Assembly (NCBI GenBank): GCA_963666425.2
Contig: OY762825.2
Location: 2,432,001 to 2,496,000, forward strand
Length of the DNA stretch: 64,000 nucleotides
Direction: 5' to 3'
Source of the DNA: Bacillota bacterium
GTDB lineage: Bacteria > Bacillota > JAAYKD01
Shown: piece after piece, positions 41,547-51,243 of the stretch
Numbering within the stretch: the first letter of the stretch is position 1
Layout of the letters: each line of letters opens with the position of its first letter
Position numbers and translations under genes: made by a program
Notes under the pieces: model-generated
What the model was told of the DNA's origin: nothing
What the model saw: only the letters and a program-made list of their open reading frames with translations
The model's database searches: none

Positions 41547-42119
41547 TCAAGCAAGCGGCAACAAACTGTAGAGCAAACCGCCAATCACGCCTGCTCCCAG
41601 CATAATAAAGGTGGGGTTGATTTTTGTCTTACGCAAAAACAGCAGGCATAGAGCAATCAAGATAACCGACAGGAGATCGACGCTGCTCGGATCCAGCGAA
41701 GCCGCTTGCCCGTTCCAAATCGCCATAATGAGAATAGTGAGTCCCGCCGAAGCGATCATTCCAATCACAGCGGGGCGTAAACCACCGAGAACGCCTTGCA
41801 CCGTATCCAGATTCTTATATTTTTTGTAGAGGGCGGCGAACAGCAAGACGATCAGGCAGGAGGGCAGGATGCAGCCGAAGGTAGCTGCGATCGCTCCCCA
41901 GAAGCCTCCGATGCGCGTGCCGACGAAGGTGGCTGAGTTGATAGCAATCGGCCCGGGTGTCATCTGAGAAATCGTGATAATATCGGCAAACTCTTTCATT
42001 GTGAGCCAAGCATGCAGCCGGACAACCTGATTTTGAATCAGGGGCATGGCAGCGTAGCCGCCGCCGATGCTGAAGAGACCAATCTGAAAAAACGACCAAA
42101 ATAGTTTAAGGTAGATCAT
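41547..42119 (-). CDS. Short-chain chromate transporter (CHR) subunit
   Basis: GLFSIGGGY, SQMTPGPIAIN.ATFVG. Confidence 0.88.
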   Translation of the reverse strand: MIYLKLFWSFFQIGLFSIGGGYAAMPLIQNQVVRLHAWLTMKEFADIITISQMTPGPIAINSATFVGTRIGGFWGAIAATFGCILPSCLIVLLFAALYKKYKNLDTVQGVLGGLRPAVIGMIASAGLTILIMAIWNGQAASLDPSSVDLLSVILIALCLLFLRKTKINPTFIMLGAGVIGGLLYSLLPLA

Positions 42120-42690
42120 GCTTGGTCTCCTTTGTTTTTCTTTGTGTTATTAAGGTTGAAATAAGACCCGCTGCCGCACAGACGAGAATGATATAGATCA
42201 CATTGACCTCAAAAAAGGCACCAGCGATGAAAGCAGCGATCATCAGAATGATCGGAACCAGTTTCTTGTTCTTGAAGATCGATCCGGCCATCCCGATTAC
42301 GACATCCAAGATCACTGCACTGACTGCTGCCTGCATGGCGCGCAGCACGTTTTTGACAATCGGATTCGCAACAAAGGCAGTGTAGAAGAGCGAGATCACT
42401 GATAACAGGATAAACGGCGGTAAAATCGTGCCAAAAATAGCAACTAAAGCGCCCTTCATGCCGGCGAGGTGGTATCCCAATAAAGTGGCTGCGTTGACTG
42501 CCATCGCACCGGGTGTGGATTGGGCAATGGCGACAAAATCGAGCATTTCTTTTTCATTGATCCAACCGAGCTGTTCGACAAATTGCTTTTTCATCAGCGG
42601 CACGATCACATAACCACCGCCGAAGGTAAAAGCACTCAGCTGAAAAGTATAGAGGAAAAGCAGAGTATAAAATTTCATATCGTGTTTCAA
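42106..42690 (-). CDS. Short-chain chromate transporter (CHR) subunit
   Basis: FTFGGGY, AQSTPGA.AVN; TTG start follows GGAGG. Confidence 0.88.
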   Translation of the reverse strand: MKHDMKFYTLLFLYTFQLSAFTFGGGYVIVPLMKKQFVEQLGWINEKEMLDFVAIAQSTPGAMAVNAATLLGYHLAGMKGALVAIFGTILPPFILLSVISLFYTAFVANPIVKNVLRAMQAAVSAVILDVVIGMAGSIFKNKKLVPIILMIAAFIAGAFFEVNVIYIILVCAAAGLISTLITQRKTKETKHDLP

Positions 42691-42807
42691 GAGGATGCCT
42701 CCGGTATCTTTTACTTCTAATTTAGTATAAGGCTTGCCAATACTCAAGTAAAATAGTATAATAAGATAAATATCATAACAAATTTGTTGTGAAAGGAGAG
42801 GTTAGTC

Positions 42808-43719
42808 CTGACACTGCAGCATTTAAAAGTATTCGTCACAGTCTGTGAATGGAACAGCATTACCAAAGCGGCCGAGCAGCTCTACCTGGCTCAACCGGCA
42901 GTCAGCCGCACGATTAAGGAATTGGAAGCAGAATATGATCTTAAGCTGTTTGATCGAATTTCCCGACGCCTCTACCTGACCGAAGCCGGTAAGAATTTGC
43001 TCGATTATGCCAGACCGATACTCGATTTGCTGGAAGAGATGGAAACAAATCTGCGCAGCCAAGGTGTTGCCGGAAAACTGCGCATCGGTGCCAGTATTAC
43101 CATTGGCAGCTACTTTATGCCCGATTATGTGCGGCAATTCAACATAGGTTACCCGCAGACACCGATCTTTGTCACGATTGACAGCTCTGAGACGATTGAA
43201 AAAAAGATTGCAGCCAATGAACTGGATTTTGCCTTGATTGAAGGGGTTGCTCATCTGGACAGTATCGTTTCGGAAACTTATCTGGACGATGAATTGGTTG
43301 TGATTTGCGCTGCCGGGCATCAGTTCAGCAACGGAGAAGAGATTGCATTTGATCGTTTGCTCGCCGAACCCTTTCTCTTACGGGAAAAAGGCAGCGGTAC
43401 CAGGGAATTATTCGATCATATTCTGGCAGCCCGCAGCCTTTCCCTGCTGCCAATGTGGGAGAGTACCAGCACAACCGCGCTGATCAATGCAGTCAGTAAC
43501 GGACTCGGACTCTCCGTTTTACCATACCTTATGGTAAAGGAAAAGCTGCAGCAGCAGGAGATTGCGCTGGTTCGGGTGCAAGGTTTGCAATTGAAACGTA
43601 AGTTCAATATGATCCATCACAAGAACAAGATTCTTTCCGTTACGGCACGGGCTTTTCTCGCATTGTGCAGGCAGTCATCCGGAGAGGGAGGTACTTCTCT
43701 CCTTGACGATGGCTGCTAA
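42808..43719 (+). CDS. LysR-family regulator (CysL-like), probable CTG start
   Basis: HTH (TLQHLKVF...SITKAAEQLYLAQPAVSRTIKELE) lies upstream of the listed ORF start, in the same frame; GAS.TIG, REKGSGTR. Confidence 0.85.
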   Translation: MTLQHLKVFVTVCEWNSITKAAEQLYLAQPAVSRTIKELEAEYDLKLFDRISRRLYLTEAGKNLLDYARPILDLLEEMETNLRSQGVAGKLRIGASITIGSYFMPDYVRQFNIGYPQTPIFVTIDSSETIEKKIAANELDFALIEGVAHLDSIVSETYLDDELVVICAAGHQFSNGEEIAFDRLLAEPFLLREKGSGTRELFDHILAARSLSLLPMWESTSTTALINAVSNGLGLSVLPYLMVKEKLQQQEIALVRVQGLQLKRKFNMIHHKNKILSVTARAFLALCRQSSGEGGTSLLDDGC

Positions 43720-43851
43720 AGTGCTGTTGATTGGGGAAGCCAAAGACGAATCAAAGATTTAGTGCACAGAGAAGGAATTTCAGTCCGATTCACGGAAATA
43801 AAACGAAGCGAAGTCATTCGCAGTATAACAAATCAGAAAGAAGGTTTGAAA

Positions 43852-44256
43852 ATGATTTCGGAGTTTAAAAAATTCATCATGCGGGGCAATGTTGTTGACT
43901 TGGCAGTTGGCGTGATTATCGGCGGCGCCTTTGGGAAAATCGTCACATCGCTGGTCAATGATATGGTGATGCCGCTGCTCAGTGTGATTTTAGGCAGAAT
44001 TAATCTGGCCGGCTTAAAGGTCATCATCACTCCAGCTATCGGGACTGCCAATGAGGTCGCTTTGAAATACGGTGCTTTTTTGCAAGCCGTCATCGATTTT
44101 GTGATTGTCGCCTTGGCAATTTTTTTGATGATCAAACTGCTTTCAGCTTTTAAGAAAAAAGAAAAAGAATCACCGACGATTCCGCCAACGCCTTCCAAAG
44201 AAGAAGTGCTGCTGACTGAAATCAGAGATCTGTTGAAAGAAAAAAGTTCAGTATAG
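43852..44256 (+). CDS. mscL: Large-conductance mechanosensitive channel
   Basis: EFKKFIMRGNVVDLAVGVIIGGAFGKIV, LLTEIRDLL. Confidence 0.96.
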   Translation: MISEFKKFIMRGNVVDLAVGVIIGGAFGKIVTSLVNDMVMPLLSVILGRINLAGLKVIITPAIGTANEVALKYGAFLQAVIDFVIVALAIFLMIKLLSAFKKKEKESPTIPPTPSKEEVLLTEIRDLLKEKSSV

Positions 44257-44290
44257 GATCGTCAAACCGATTCGTTAAAAAGAAAAATGG

Positions 44291-44335
44291 AAGACCAGAA
44301 ACGCTTGAAAAAAAGGCGGTTCTGGTCTTTTTTTT
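44291..44335 (+). terminator. Intrinsic terminator
   Basis: AAGACCAGAA.CGC...GCG.TTCTGGTCTT plus T-tract. Confidence 0.8.
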
Positions 44336-44672
44336 ACGGGCATGCGTTGGTTCAGCGTCATTCGGCAATCCTGCTTTTGACACAAACAATGACAATAAAT
44401 CGACAAAAATGTAAAATTATTCCCTGTATCTGAGCCAAGACGAAAGGGTTTCTATAAGCGATATCGAATTGGTAAATCGAGTGATATTCAAGATGAAACA
44501 GAGTATATAAAAGATAAAATACTTAGGTAACTGATAAATTTTATGGTATCACGTCGTTATAAGGCAGAATAATGTCAAAGGAATCAACAGCCATACCATA
44601 GCGAAAAAAGACAGAAACAGCAAATAAGTTTGTTGACGAATACATGTTTCTTAAAAGCAGAAAGGAGCAATC

Positions 44673-45128
44673 ATGATGAAAAATGAGTTTTGCAGCCAAT
44701 GCGGGGCACCCTTGCAATCGATGGATCAATTCTGTTCTGTCTCCGGTAAACAAGTGGCAGGAATGAGGCAGCCGCAGCCAAATCAACAAACACGCGTACC
44801 GCCGCCGCCCATCCTTACAGCAAAAGAAACTATGCCAATCATGCCGGAAAAAAATCCGTATCGGGCACCTGAGCCAGCGGTTAAAACGAGCAGCGGTCCA
44901 GCGGCTGAGCAAGCAGAGAAATCAGCGGTTGAACCAACGTCTGAAGTGGCAGCCGGGTCAAAGACAAGCATTGCAGGCTCTGCCAAAGTAACCAACCGCG
45001 TAAAAATCAGTTCGACGGCTGGCAGTGCAAGACAAACCGCTGTAAGGTCTGCCAATCTTCCGCTGCGTTTGCTTGCTTTACTGATTGTTCTGGCCGCTAT
45101 TGTTTATCTTGTGTTTTTTATGAAATAG
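44673..45128 (+). CDS. Zinc-ribbon protein with low-complexity linker and C-terminal TM helix
   Basis: FCSQCGA.L.....FCSVSG (last Cys replaced by Ser), Pro/Ala/Ser-rich middle, terminal hydrophobic helix. Confidence 0.7.
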   Translation: MMKNEFCSQCGAPLQSMDQFCSVSGKQVAGMRQPQPNQQTRVPPPPILTAKETMPIMPEKNPYRAPEPAVKTSSGPAAEQAEKSAVEPTSEVAAGSKTSIAGSAKVTNRVKISSTAGSARQTAVRSANLPLRLLALLIVLAAIVYLVFFMK

Positions 45129-45147
45129 AGAGCGAGGTGTAGGCTCT

Positions 45148-46500
45148 ATGAAAAAACCGTTGCGCTATCTTGTGCTTTTTATCAGTTTTCTCCTGATTTT
45201 ATATGGCTTGGCCCACCTTGGTTTGTATTTCTTTGGCACAGAAACCACAGCAAAAATCACTTCTGTATTGCCGGGACCGTATACCAGAACGAGCGCGCAT
45301 GACTTTTCAATCACCTATCAGTTCTCCCTGCCGGATCATTCGGTGCGGCGTGGTTTTGGGCTTGCGGTCTCGAGCAAGCAACCAACCGGTTCGCTAGCAA
45401 TCGTCTATTTTGCTGCTTATCCGGCGTTCAATTCACCCTATGGCAGCGGTTTGTTTTTCTTTTTCCTGCTCTGGTCTGGTTTAGGCAGTGCTCTGCTGGT
45501 TTTTCAAGGGAGAAAATTGAGGGAGAAGCAAATCGAGCAGGAATCCAAATTACCCAGATCCTTCTACCGCAATTTGATTCTTCTGGCGGCGATCGGGTTG
45601 CTGCTGATCGCTGCTTACGCTATTTATGAGCAAAGAGCGCATCAGTCAACCGATTCGGCAGACATCGGTAATACGGTTGGCAATATTGCCAACGGCGGTT
45701 TTGTACTGCAAATGAATGATAAGATTTTTTATTTGAACTGGCAGGACGAGAACCGCTTATATTCGATGAACCTGGACGGCAGCGAGAGAAAGCAGCTGAC
45801 TAAAGAATCGGTCGATACCATGAATGGTCTGGACGGATGGATCTATTACACAAATTTCAGCGATCAAAGTAAGTTATATAAAATCCGCGCGGACGGAGCA
45901 AAACGTTCCTGCATCTATCCCTGGCAAGTGGATGCACTGAATATTTGTGGCGAGTGGCTCTATTTTACCAACCTCAGTGATCTGCGGCAAATCTACAAAC
46001 TGAAAACCGATGGCAGTCACGAAACACAGCTGAATCAGGATGAAAGCCGCAACGTGTTGGTTGCGGCTGGTTGGATTTATTATAATAACAGTACGGATGC
46101 GGATTGCCTCTACCGCATCCGATTGGACGGCAAGGAAAGAACCAAGCTGACAGACTTTAACCCCGGCATTTTTTGGCTGGAAGGAAATCAGGTTTATTTT
46201 TGTAACGCAGCAGACGATGGGAAATTATATACGATGTCGGTCGAAGGCAAGGAAATCCGTCTCTTCTCTGCCGAGCAGGCGGGTTATTTGAATTTTGATC
46301 AGGAATACTTTTATTATACCAATCTGAAAACAGGCGGACAGCTCTATCGGATGGGCAAAGAGGGAGGTAATCCTGAAAAACTCTCTGATCTTCTGCCTTT
46401 TACGATCAGCCTGACGCAGGATTATCTGGTGATCGTTGATTTCTGGGACAGCGACCAGTTGATTTTTCTGCGAAAAAACGGTTCGGTATTGGTTGAATAA
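45148..46500 (+). CDS. Membrane protein with DUF5050 beta-propeller
   Basis: Three TM helices, then GNT.GNI.NGG and repeated GWIYY.N...LY.I..DG blades. Confidence 0.8.
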   Translation: MKKPLRYLVLFISFLLILYGLAHLGLYFFGTETTAKITSVLPGPYTRTSAHDFSITYQFSLPDHSVRRGFGLAVSSKQPTGSLAIVYFAAYPAFNSPYGSGLFFFFLLWSGLGSALLVFQGRKLREKQIEQESKLPRSFYRNLILLAAIGLLLIAAYAIYEQRAHQSTDSADIGNTVGNIANGGFVLQMNDKIFYLNWQDENRLYSMNLDGSERKQLTKESVDTMNGLDGWIYYTNFSDQSKLYKIRADGAKRSCIYPWQVDALNICGEWLYFTNLSDLRQIYKLKTDGSHETQLNQDESRNVLVAAGWIYYNNSTDADCLYRIRLDGKERTKLTDFNPGIFWLEGNQVYFCNAADDGKLYTMSVEGKEIRLFSAEQAGYLNFDQEYFYYTNLKTGGQLYRMGKEGGNPEKLSDLLPFTISLTQDYLVIVDFWDSDQLIFLRKNGSVLVE

Positions 46501-46523
46501 GCAAAAGAGGGGGGTGAAATTTC

Positions 46524-47354
46524 GTGAAGAAGGTGGGTGCCGTGCGCGGGAAGGTTAAATTTATCGTTGCGAGCCTGCTGATCCTTGCTCTTTCATTGAT
46601 TCTTTTCTTTTCGAGCTTTCAATTGAGCTGGCATTGGGAAAAATATGAAAGCTTATTCAGCCAAGGAGAAGGGCTGAGTTATCGCTCATTCGTCTTTGAA
46701 ACCATCTTGCCAACCAGCAATCCATATCCCTTACAGCTGAATAATTCGTTTGCTTATTGCCGCGGCACGTATGATGCCCATGCGGAGCAGTTGACGGCTG
46801 GGGTTTTTCAAGCCGCGAAAGCTTTCACCCAAGGGCTCGGCGCTGTGAAAATGGAGGGTAAATGGGGTTATATTCGCTTGCTGGAAAAGAACGACCCCGG
46901 TTTTGAATTGGCAATCCCCCTGATTTATGAAGCAGCGGAACCCTTTTCCGAGGACCTGGCTGCAGTGAAAAGCGAAGGCAAATACGGCTATATCGACCGG
47001 AACGGCAAAATCGTGATCCAACCCCAATTTGAAGAGGCGCATTACTTCAGTCAGGGTTTGGCCGCAGTCAAGGATGCAGAAGGCTGGTACTTTATCGATT
47101 CGTTGGGCAGCCGGGTCATTGCAGGTCCTTTTGAAGCGGCGGAATCTTTTTCCGCGACGGAGATCGACACAAAATCGGCATTGGCGCCGGTCAAATTGCA
47201 GGGTAAATGGGGCTATATCGATTTATCGGGCACAGTTGTGATCAAAGCGATTTATCAGGATGCCTGGGCTTTTGAACGCAGCGGCAAAGCTGCGGTGAAA
47301 ATCAACGACAAATGGCAGTTTATTGATGTGAACGGCAATCGATTATGGCTGTGA
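46524..47354 (+). CDS. WG-repeat protein with N-terminal TM/signal
   Basis: Repeated F(S/T).GLA.VK..GK(W/Y)GYID..G. Confidence 0.85.
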   Translation: MKKVGAVRGKVKFIVASLLILALSLILFFSSFQLSWHWEKYESLFSQGEGLSYRSFVFETILPTSNPYPLQLNNSFAYCRGTYDAHAEQLTAGVFQAAKAFTQGLGAVKMEGKWGYIRLLEKNDPGFELAIPLIYEAAEPFSEDLAAVKSEGKYGYIDRNGKIVIQPQFEEAHYFSQGLAAVKDAEGWYFIDSLGSRVIAGPFEAAESFSATEIDTKSALAPVKLQGKWGYIDLSGTVVIKAIYQDAWAFERSGKAAVKINDKWQFIDVNGNRLWL

Positions 47355-47447
47355 AGATCAGAAAGCAGCAACCGCTCTGCACTTGGGCAGGAAGCCGCGG
47401 CGGAACAGTTGCCATTAAAAATTGCATGACATGGAGGAGGGAATTCC

Positions 47448-50372
47448 ATGCAAAAACTTCCTGGGAAAGCAATCTTGCTGAAAATAATGAGTATTCTTTG
47501 CCTTTTCCTGGCGCTGCAAGCTGTTTGGTATCATCCGCATCGCTTGAACCTTCTCAATGTTGTGATAGCGGCAAGCGAAGACGAAGCTAACAACTGGGAA
47601 GGTAAGCTGCCAAGCGAGCAGGAGATAGAAAAAGCAGCCATTCATTTTTTGGAAGTACATGACGGCGAAGAATTTGTCACCCCGGGTTTGGTTCTGCAAT
47701 CGATGGTGCGAGTCACAACCTACACCATCAACGATGCGGTCAAATGTCATAGCCGAGCGTTGGAAGCGGCAAGCCCGGAATTGGCGAATAATTTATTTCT
47801 GGCAGTGACTGCACACGCCACCACAACCCATACAGTCTATGATCTGCAAACCGGCACAGACCAAACAACCGTGACAAAAGAGAACGGCAACGGTTATGTC
47901 AAACTGTATTACATGGCGGATGGCAGTTTCTCCTTTACCTACAGCAATGAATTCGGTCAGGGCAATGATTTTGATGCAATCACCGAAGCGGAATTCGAGT
48001 CCGGTTACGACGACGGCTGGCTGGGCGAAGCAGGAGCGGATGAAATTCCCTTTGTGGTCGTAGCAGGCGGCGTGGCTGTAGTTGCCGCTGCTGCACTCGC
48101 TATTGCTGCCGGAGCGGCAGCCCGGCGGAAAAACAAACAGAAAAATCAAAATGACAGGGAGAGAGCAGCGGGTTATATCCTGCAATTGAGCAGTCCGATC
48201 ATTCAGGTTGGCCAAAACCAGCCGGGTAGTTTGCAAATAACTGCCTACCAGGTCAAAGAGAGCGGTGCATACAGCAAAGCCCCCGGTGTGAAGATTACAG
48301 TTGCTGCCGAGCTGGATTCTGTGCTGAGCATTTCTCCTCAAACGGGAAGCGGGCAAATCAATCTCAGCATTGCCATGAATGCGGCAAAAAAAACCCAGAG
48401 CGAAACCATAAACATCACAGGCATCTCTCCTAAGGGCACGATTACCGCTCAGGCGACGATTGAATTGACAGACGAAGCCTATGCCATTGAGATGGCTACC
48501 AACCCGGCAGAACGCACGCTGCTGACCGATGGCAAAGCCGAAATCTGGGTCTATGCAAGACCGATCGCCAACAGCAGCAGCCAGACAGACCGCGGTAAAC
48601 TGCAGCAGCTATTGCAGGAGCTTGCATTCAGCGCGGAAGAAAACGGCGCCGATTGGCTGGATGGCGGCGAAGCCGAATACTATCAGGATTGGAAATGTAT
48701 TCTGCTGAAAGCAGCCAATCCCAATCCGGGCGCTGTCGGCGGCCAAACACCGGATACCGCTGCGATTGTAGCCAGCCTGACCGTGGACGGCAAGAAAATC
48801 AGCGCGAAAGTGCTGATCGAGCTGATCGGCGAACCGGAACTGACCGTAAATCCGGCTTCCTATCAATTTTTGAGCGGATCCGGTGAAACCAAGGAATTTA
48901 CGCTTGCGATTGTGCATCCGACCATCACCGCTTGGCAGCTGGCCGCTCCGCAAGCTGACGGTATGGCGTCAAGAATAACAAAATGGAATGCTTTGCCAAA
49001 AGAACTGAACAGCAATCAAACGGCTGTCTTTCAGGTAACCGAGTGTGATCAGGTCCAAAATGATGACGGCACGAATTTTTCGGATCAAGGGAAATTTACT
49101 TTCCAAGCCAACAGCGCAGCTTACGAAGTCAGCAATTGCTGTCAAATCACCGTCTGCAGGGAAGGCTTATTCCGCACCGAAGATGTGATCGGCATCGATC
49201 GGGAAACAGGGGCGATTCAGCTGCCGGCGGATGATACGGCAGACGGCAGTATGCAGAAAGCGATCTTTGATCTGCGTTTCCTGCGCTGGAACGAGCAAGA
49301 GCGGAGATTACTCTGTGAAACAGAGTTGTTTACCAAGAAAAATCTTTTCAAATTCTCGGCACCTTGGGCGCACGATGAGGGAGCAGAAGCCATTCTGACC
49401 AACTTTAAGCCGATTTTCTCCTGGCGGCAAGTCAAGCCATCCAGCCTGCCTTCCGGAGAATTCAGCGTGGAAATGGATAAAATCATCCCGGGCAAACAAG
49501 GTCAGCGTTTTCGTTTTTCCGTAACAGCGGTAGCAAGCATTGAAGGCGGCAATCGCCATTTTGAATTGAACATTCCTTTTGATCTGATCCCGGCATGTTT
49601 AGCCGAAAATGACAATGACTGGCAAAAAGAATACGAATATTGTAAGAAGATCATCGAGAAATTTCTGCCAAGCGACGTGAGTATCCGGGCCATGACGGAT
49701 CTGGAGAATAGAAAATACAGCCTGGGGGTTGGTGATTTAAAACAGCTGCGCCAAGAAACTTGGGACGCAGCGCAGAAAATCATCCTGGTTCAGCGGGACA
49801 GCTATCTCAATGCGGCCGCCTGGTATGATTATTTCCTAATCGGCGCCCAATCGATTCAATGGCTGAATGACAGAGCCTTCAAGATAGTTGCCTCGCAGCT
49901 ATTGGGCCCGGTGGGAGCCATTGTTGCCAATCAGTCTAAAGAACTGATCCAGGATATCCTGGATCAATGCGTCAATGCAAAAGATTCGGACAGTTGGCTG
50001 ACGATTACTTGGAATCTGCTCTATAAACGCATGGCCGGCAGTCTGGGAGATTCCATTAACAGCGGATATTTCAGCAATCGGGAAGTCGGCATCGCCTGGG
50101 TTGTCAGTTTCTTTCTGTATCGATGGGTCTTTCATGTGGTTTTCGATTATAACGACAGCGGAACGAGCCGCAAGGGTTGGCTAGCAGGCTTATCCGCCGC
50201 CGCCAAAGACCTGACCGGTAAAGGATTTGAAGGCTGCTTCAAAGCCTATGTCGGTAAATGGGCAGAACAGGAAGGTTACCAAAAGAACGTTTGGTTTGAT
50301 CAGCAATACAAGAAACTGGCGGAGACGGTAGCGTCTTATCTGGTTGATCTGCAGATCAATATCACATTTTAA
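47448..50372 (+). CDS. Large hypothetical membrane protein (974 aa)
   Basis: GGAGG RBS; N-terminal hydrophobic segment; second TM at ~aa 200-224 followed by RRKNKQK; beta-rich middle; helical C-terminus with hydrophobic stretches. Confidence 0.7.
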   Translation: MQKLPGKAILLKIMSILCLFLALQAVWYHPHRLNLLNVVIAASEDEANNWEGKLPSEQEIEKAAIHFLEVHDGEEFVTPGLVLQSMVRVTTYTINDAVKCHSRALEAASPELANNLFLAVTAHATTTHTVYDLQTGTDQTTVTKENGNGYVKLYYMADGSFSFTYSNEFGQGNDFDAITEAEFESGYDDGWLGEAGADEIPFVVVAGGVAVVAAAALAIAAGAAARRKNKQKNQNDRERAAGYILQLSSPIIQVGQNQPGSLQITAYQVKESGAYSKAPGVKITVAAELDSVLSISPQTGSGQINLSIAMNAAKKTQSETINITGISPKGTITAQATIELTDEAYAIEMATNPAERTLLTDGKAEIWVYARPIANSSSQTDRGKLQQLLQELAFSAEENGADWLDGGEAEYYQDWKCILLKAANPNPGAVGGQTPDTAAIVASLTVDGKKISAKVLIELIGEPELTVNPASYQFLSGSGETKEFTLAIVHPTITAWQLAAPQADGMASRITKWNALPKELNSNQTAVFQVTECDQVQNDDGTNFSDQGKFTFQANSAAYEVSNCCQITVCREGLFRTEDVIGIDRETGAIQLPADDTADGSMQKAIFDLRFLRWNEQERRLLCETELFTKKNLFKFSAPWAHDEGAEAILTNFKPIFSWRQVKPSSLPSGEFSVEMDKIIPGKQGQRFRFSVTAVASIEGGNRHFELNIPFDLIPACLAENDNDWQKEYEYCKKIIEKFLPSDVSIRAMTDLENRKYSLGVGDLKQLRQETWDAAQKIILVQRDSYLNAAAWYDYFLIGAQSIQWLNDRAFKIVASQLLGPVGAIVANQSKELIQDILDQCVNAKDSDSWLTITWNLLYKRMAGSLGDSINSGYFSNREVGIAWVVSFFLYRWVFHVVFDYNDSGTSRKGWLAGLSAAAKDLTGKGFEGCFKAYVGKWAEQEGYQKNVWFDQQYKKLAETVASYLVDLQINITF

Positions 50373-50446
50373 ATGAGCCGCTAGCCTGATCGTCAATTGA
50401 CCCGCAGTAAAAGAAAAATAATTTTTATAAAAATGAATTTAAGGTA

Positions 50447-50475
50447 TTGACAAGGAGCCTTTGATGTTATAAAAT
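50447..50475 (+). promoter_or_regulatory. sigmaA promoter P1 of the SipW operon
   Basis: TTGACA-N17-TAAAAT. Confidence 0.75.
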
Positions 50476-50507
50476 GACAATAATAAATCTGAATGATCCA
50501 ATTGAAT

Positions 50508-50617
50508 CAAACTTTAGGGCAAACTAATCGAAAGATTAGGACGCAAAGTCAGGAGTCTAAAGCATTACGATGTGATGACCGTCCGACCGCAAGCTTTATT
50601 TGCGGTCGGACTTTTTT
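50508..50617 (+). ncRNA. Cyclic-di-GMP-I (GEMM) riboswitch, copy 1, with terminator
   Basis: GGGCAAAC-TAATC-GAAA-GATTA-GGACGCAAAG...GTCTAA...ATGAC matches the GEMM-I consensus; terminator GTCCGACCGCAA/TTGCGGTCGGAC-TTTTTT overlaps the aptamer 3' strand. Confidence 0.9.
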
Positions 50618-50655
50618 ATTGTTCTCCGGCTCAGAGGGAATTTTTAGAATTCAGG

Positions 50656-50684
50656 TTGACAATCCTTTTAATATGGTATATTAT
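50656..50684 (+). promoter_or_regulatory. sigmaA promoter P2 of the SipW operon
   Basis: TTGACA-N17-TATTAT. Confidence 0.75.
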
Positions 50685-50720
50685 GTCATTGGAAAATTTA
50701 AACCATTTACAAACTGAATA

Positions 50721-50831
50721 AGTGTTCTTAGGCAAACTAATCGAAAGATTAGGACGCAAAGTCAGGAGTCTAAAACATTACGATGTGATGACCGTCCGAC
50801 CGCAAGCTTTGTTTGCGGCCGGACTTTTTTT
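50721..50831 (+). ncRNA. Cyclic-di-GMP-I (GEMM) riboswitch, copy 2, with terminator
   Basis: Near-identical copy 213 bp downstream of copy 1 (3 substitutions seen over ~100 bp); terminator followed by T7. Confidence 0.9.
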
Positions 50832-51243
50832 ATCGGTCATCGCATTTGAATCAGGGAAGTTCTAACCACTGACCTCGAGGTTGGAGATTTGATCTCTTCT
50901 AGGGTGGCCAATCGGTTATTACTCATAGAATTCTTGAAATGACAGAAGAACAGGGAACGAAAATTCAGAACAAAGGGGGCTCAGATGAATGTGAGTCGGA
51001 CCCGGCGGCGCCCGAGTCAAGCGGAGAGATGCTCGTTTTTATTAATCCTTTCTAACCAGACGCTAAGATCCCATGCAAACCACAGAAAAACCTTAAAAAG
51101 CAAAAAATAGAACGTCAGACCGGTGCTAATCTGCCGGCAGCTGACAAAAAATCAAGAAAATGATGAGAATAGCCTAGAAAACGTGAATATAGCCGGCAAA
51201 ATGGCTGTAAATAAAATTCAAAATAATAAAAGGAGTGTAAGTA

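Noticed and set aside
44379-44415. Phased GACA motifs upstream of the zinc-ribbon operon
   Set aside because: Too short and irregularly spaced (12 and 11 bp) to distinguish from chance in AT-rich DNA.
50493-50717. 74-aa ORF across riboswitch 1 (and 51123-51356)
   Set aside because: Overlaps the aptamer, terminator and promoter (or the next gene out of frame); no RBS.
50518-50831. Direct repeat pair as CRISPR array or insertion-element ends
   Set aside because: Only two ~100-bp copies, both matching the GEMM riboswitch; no spacers, cas genes or transposase.
50508-50831. cGAMP-selective (GEMM-Ib) riboswitch variant
   Set aside because: Both copies have G, not A, at the G20-equivalent position.
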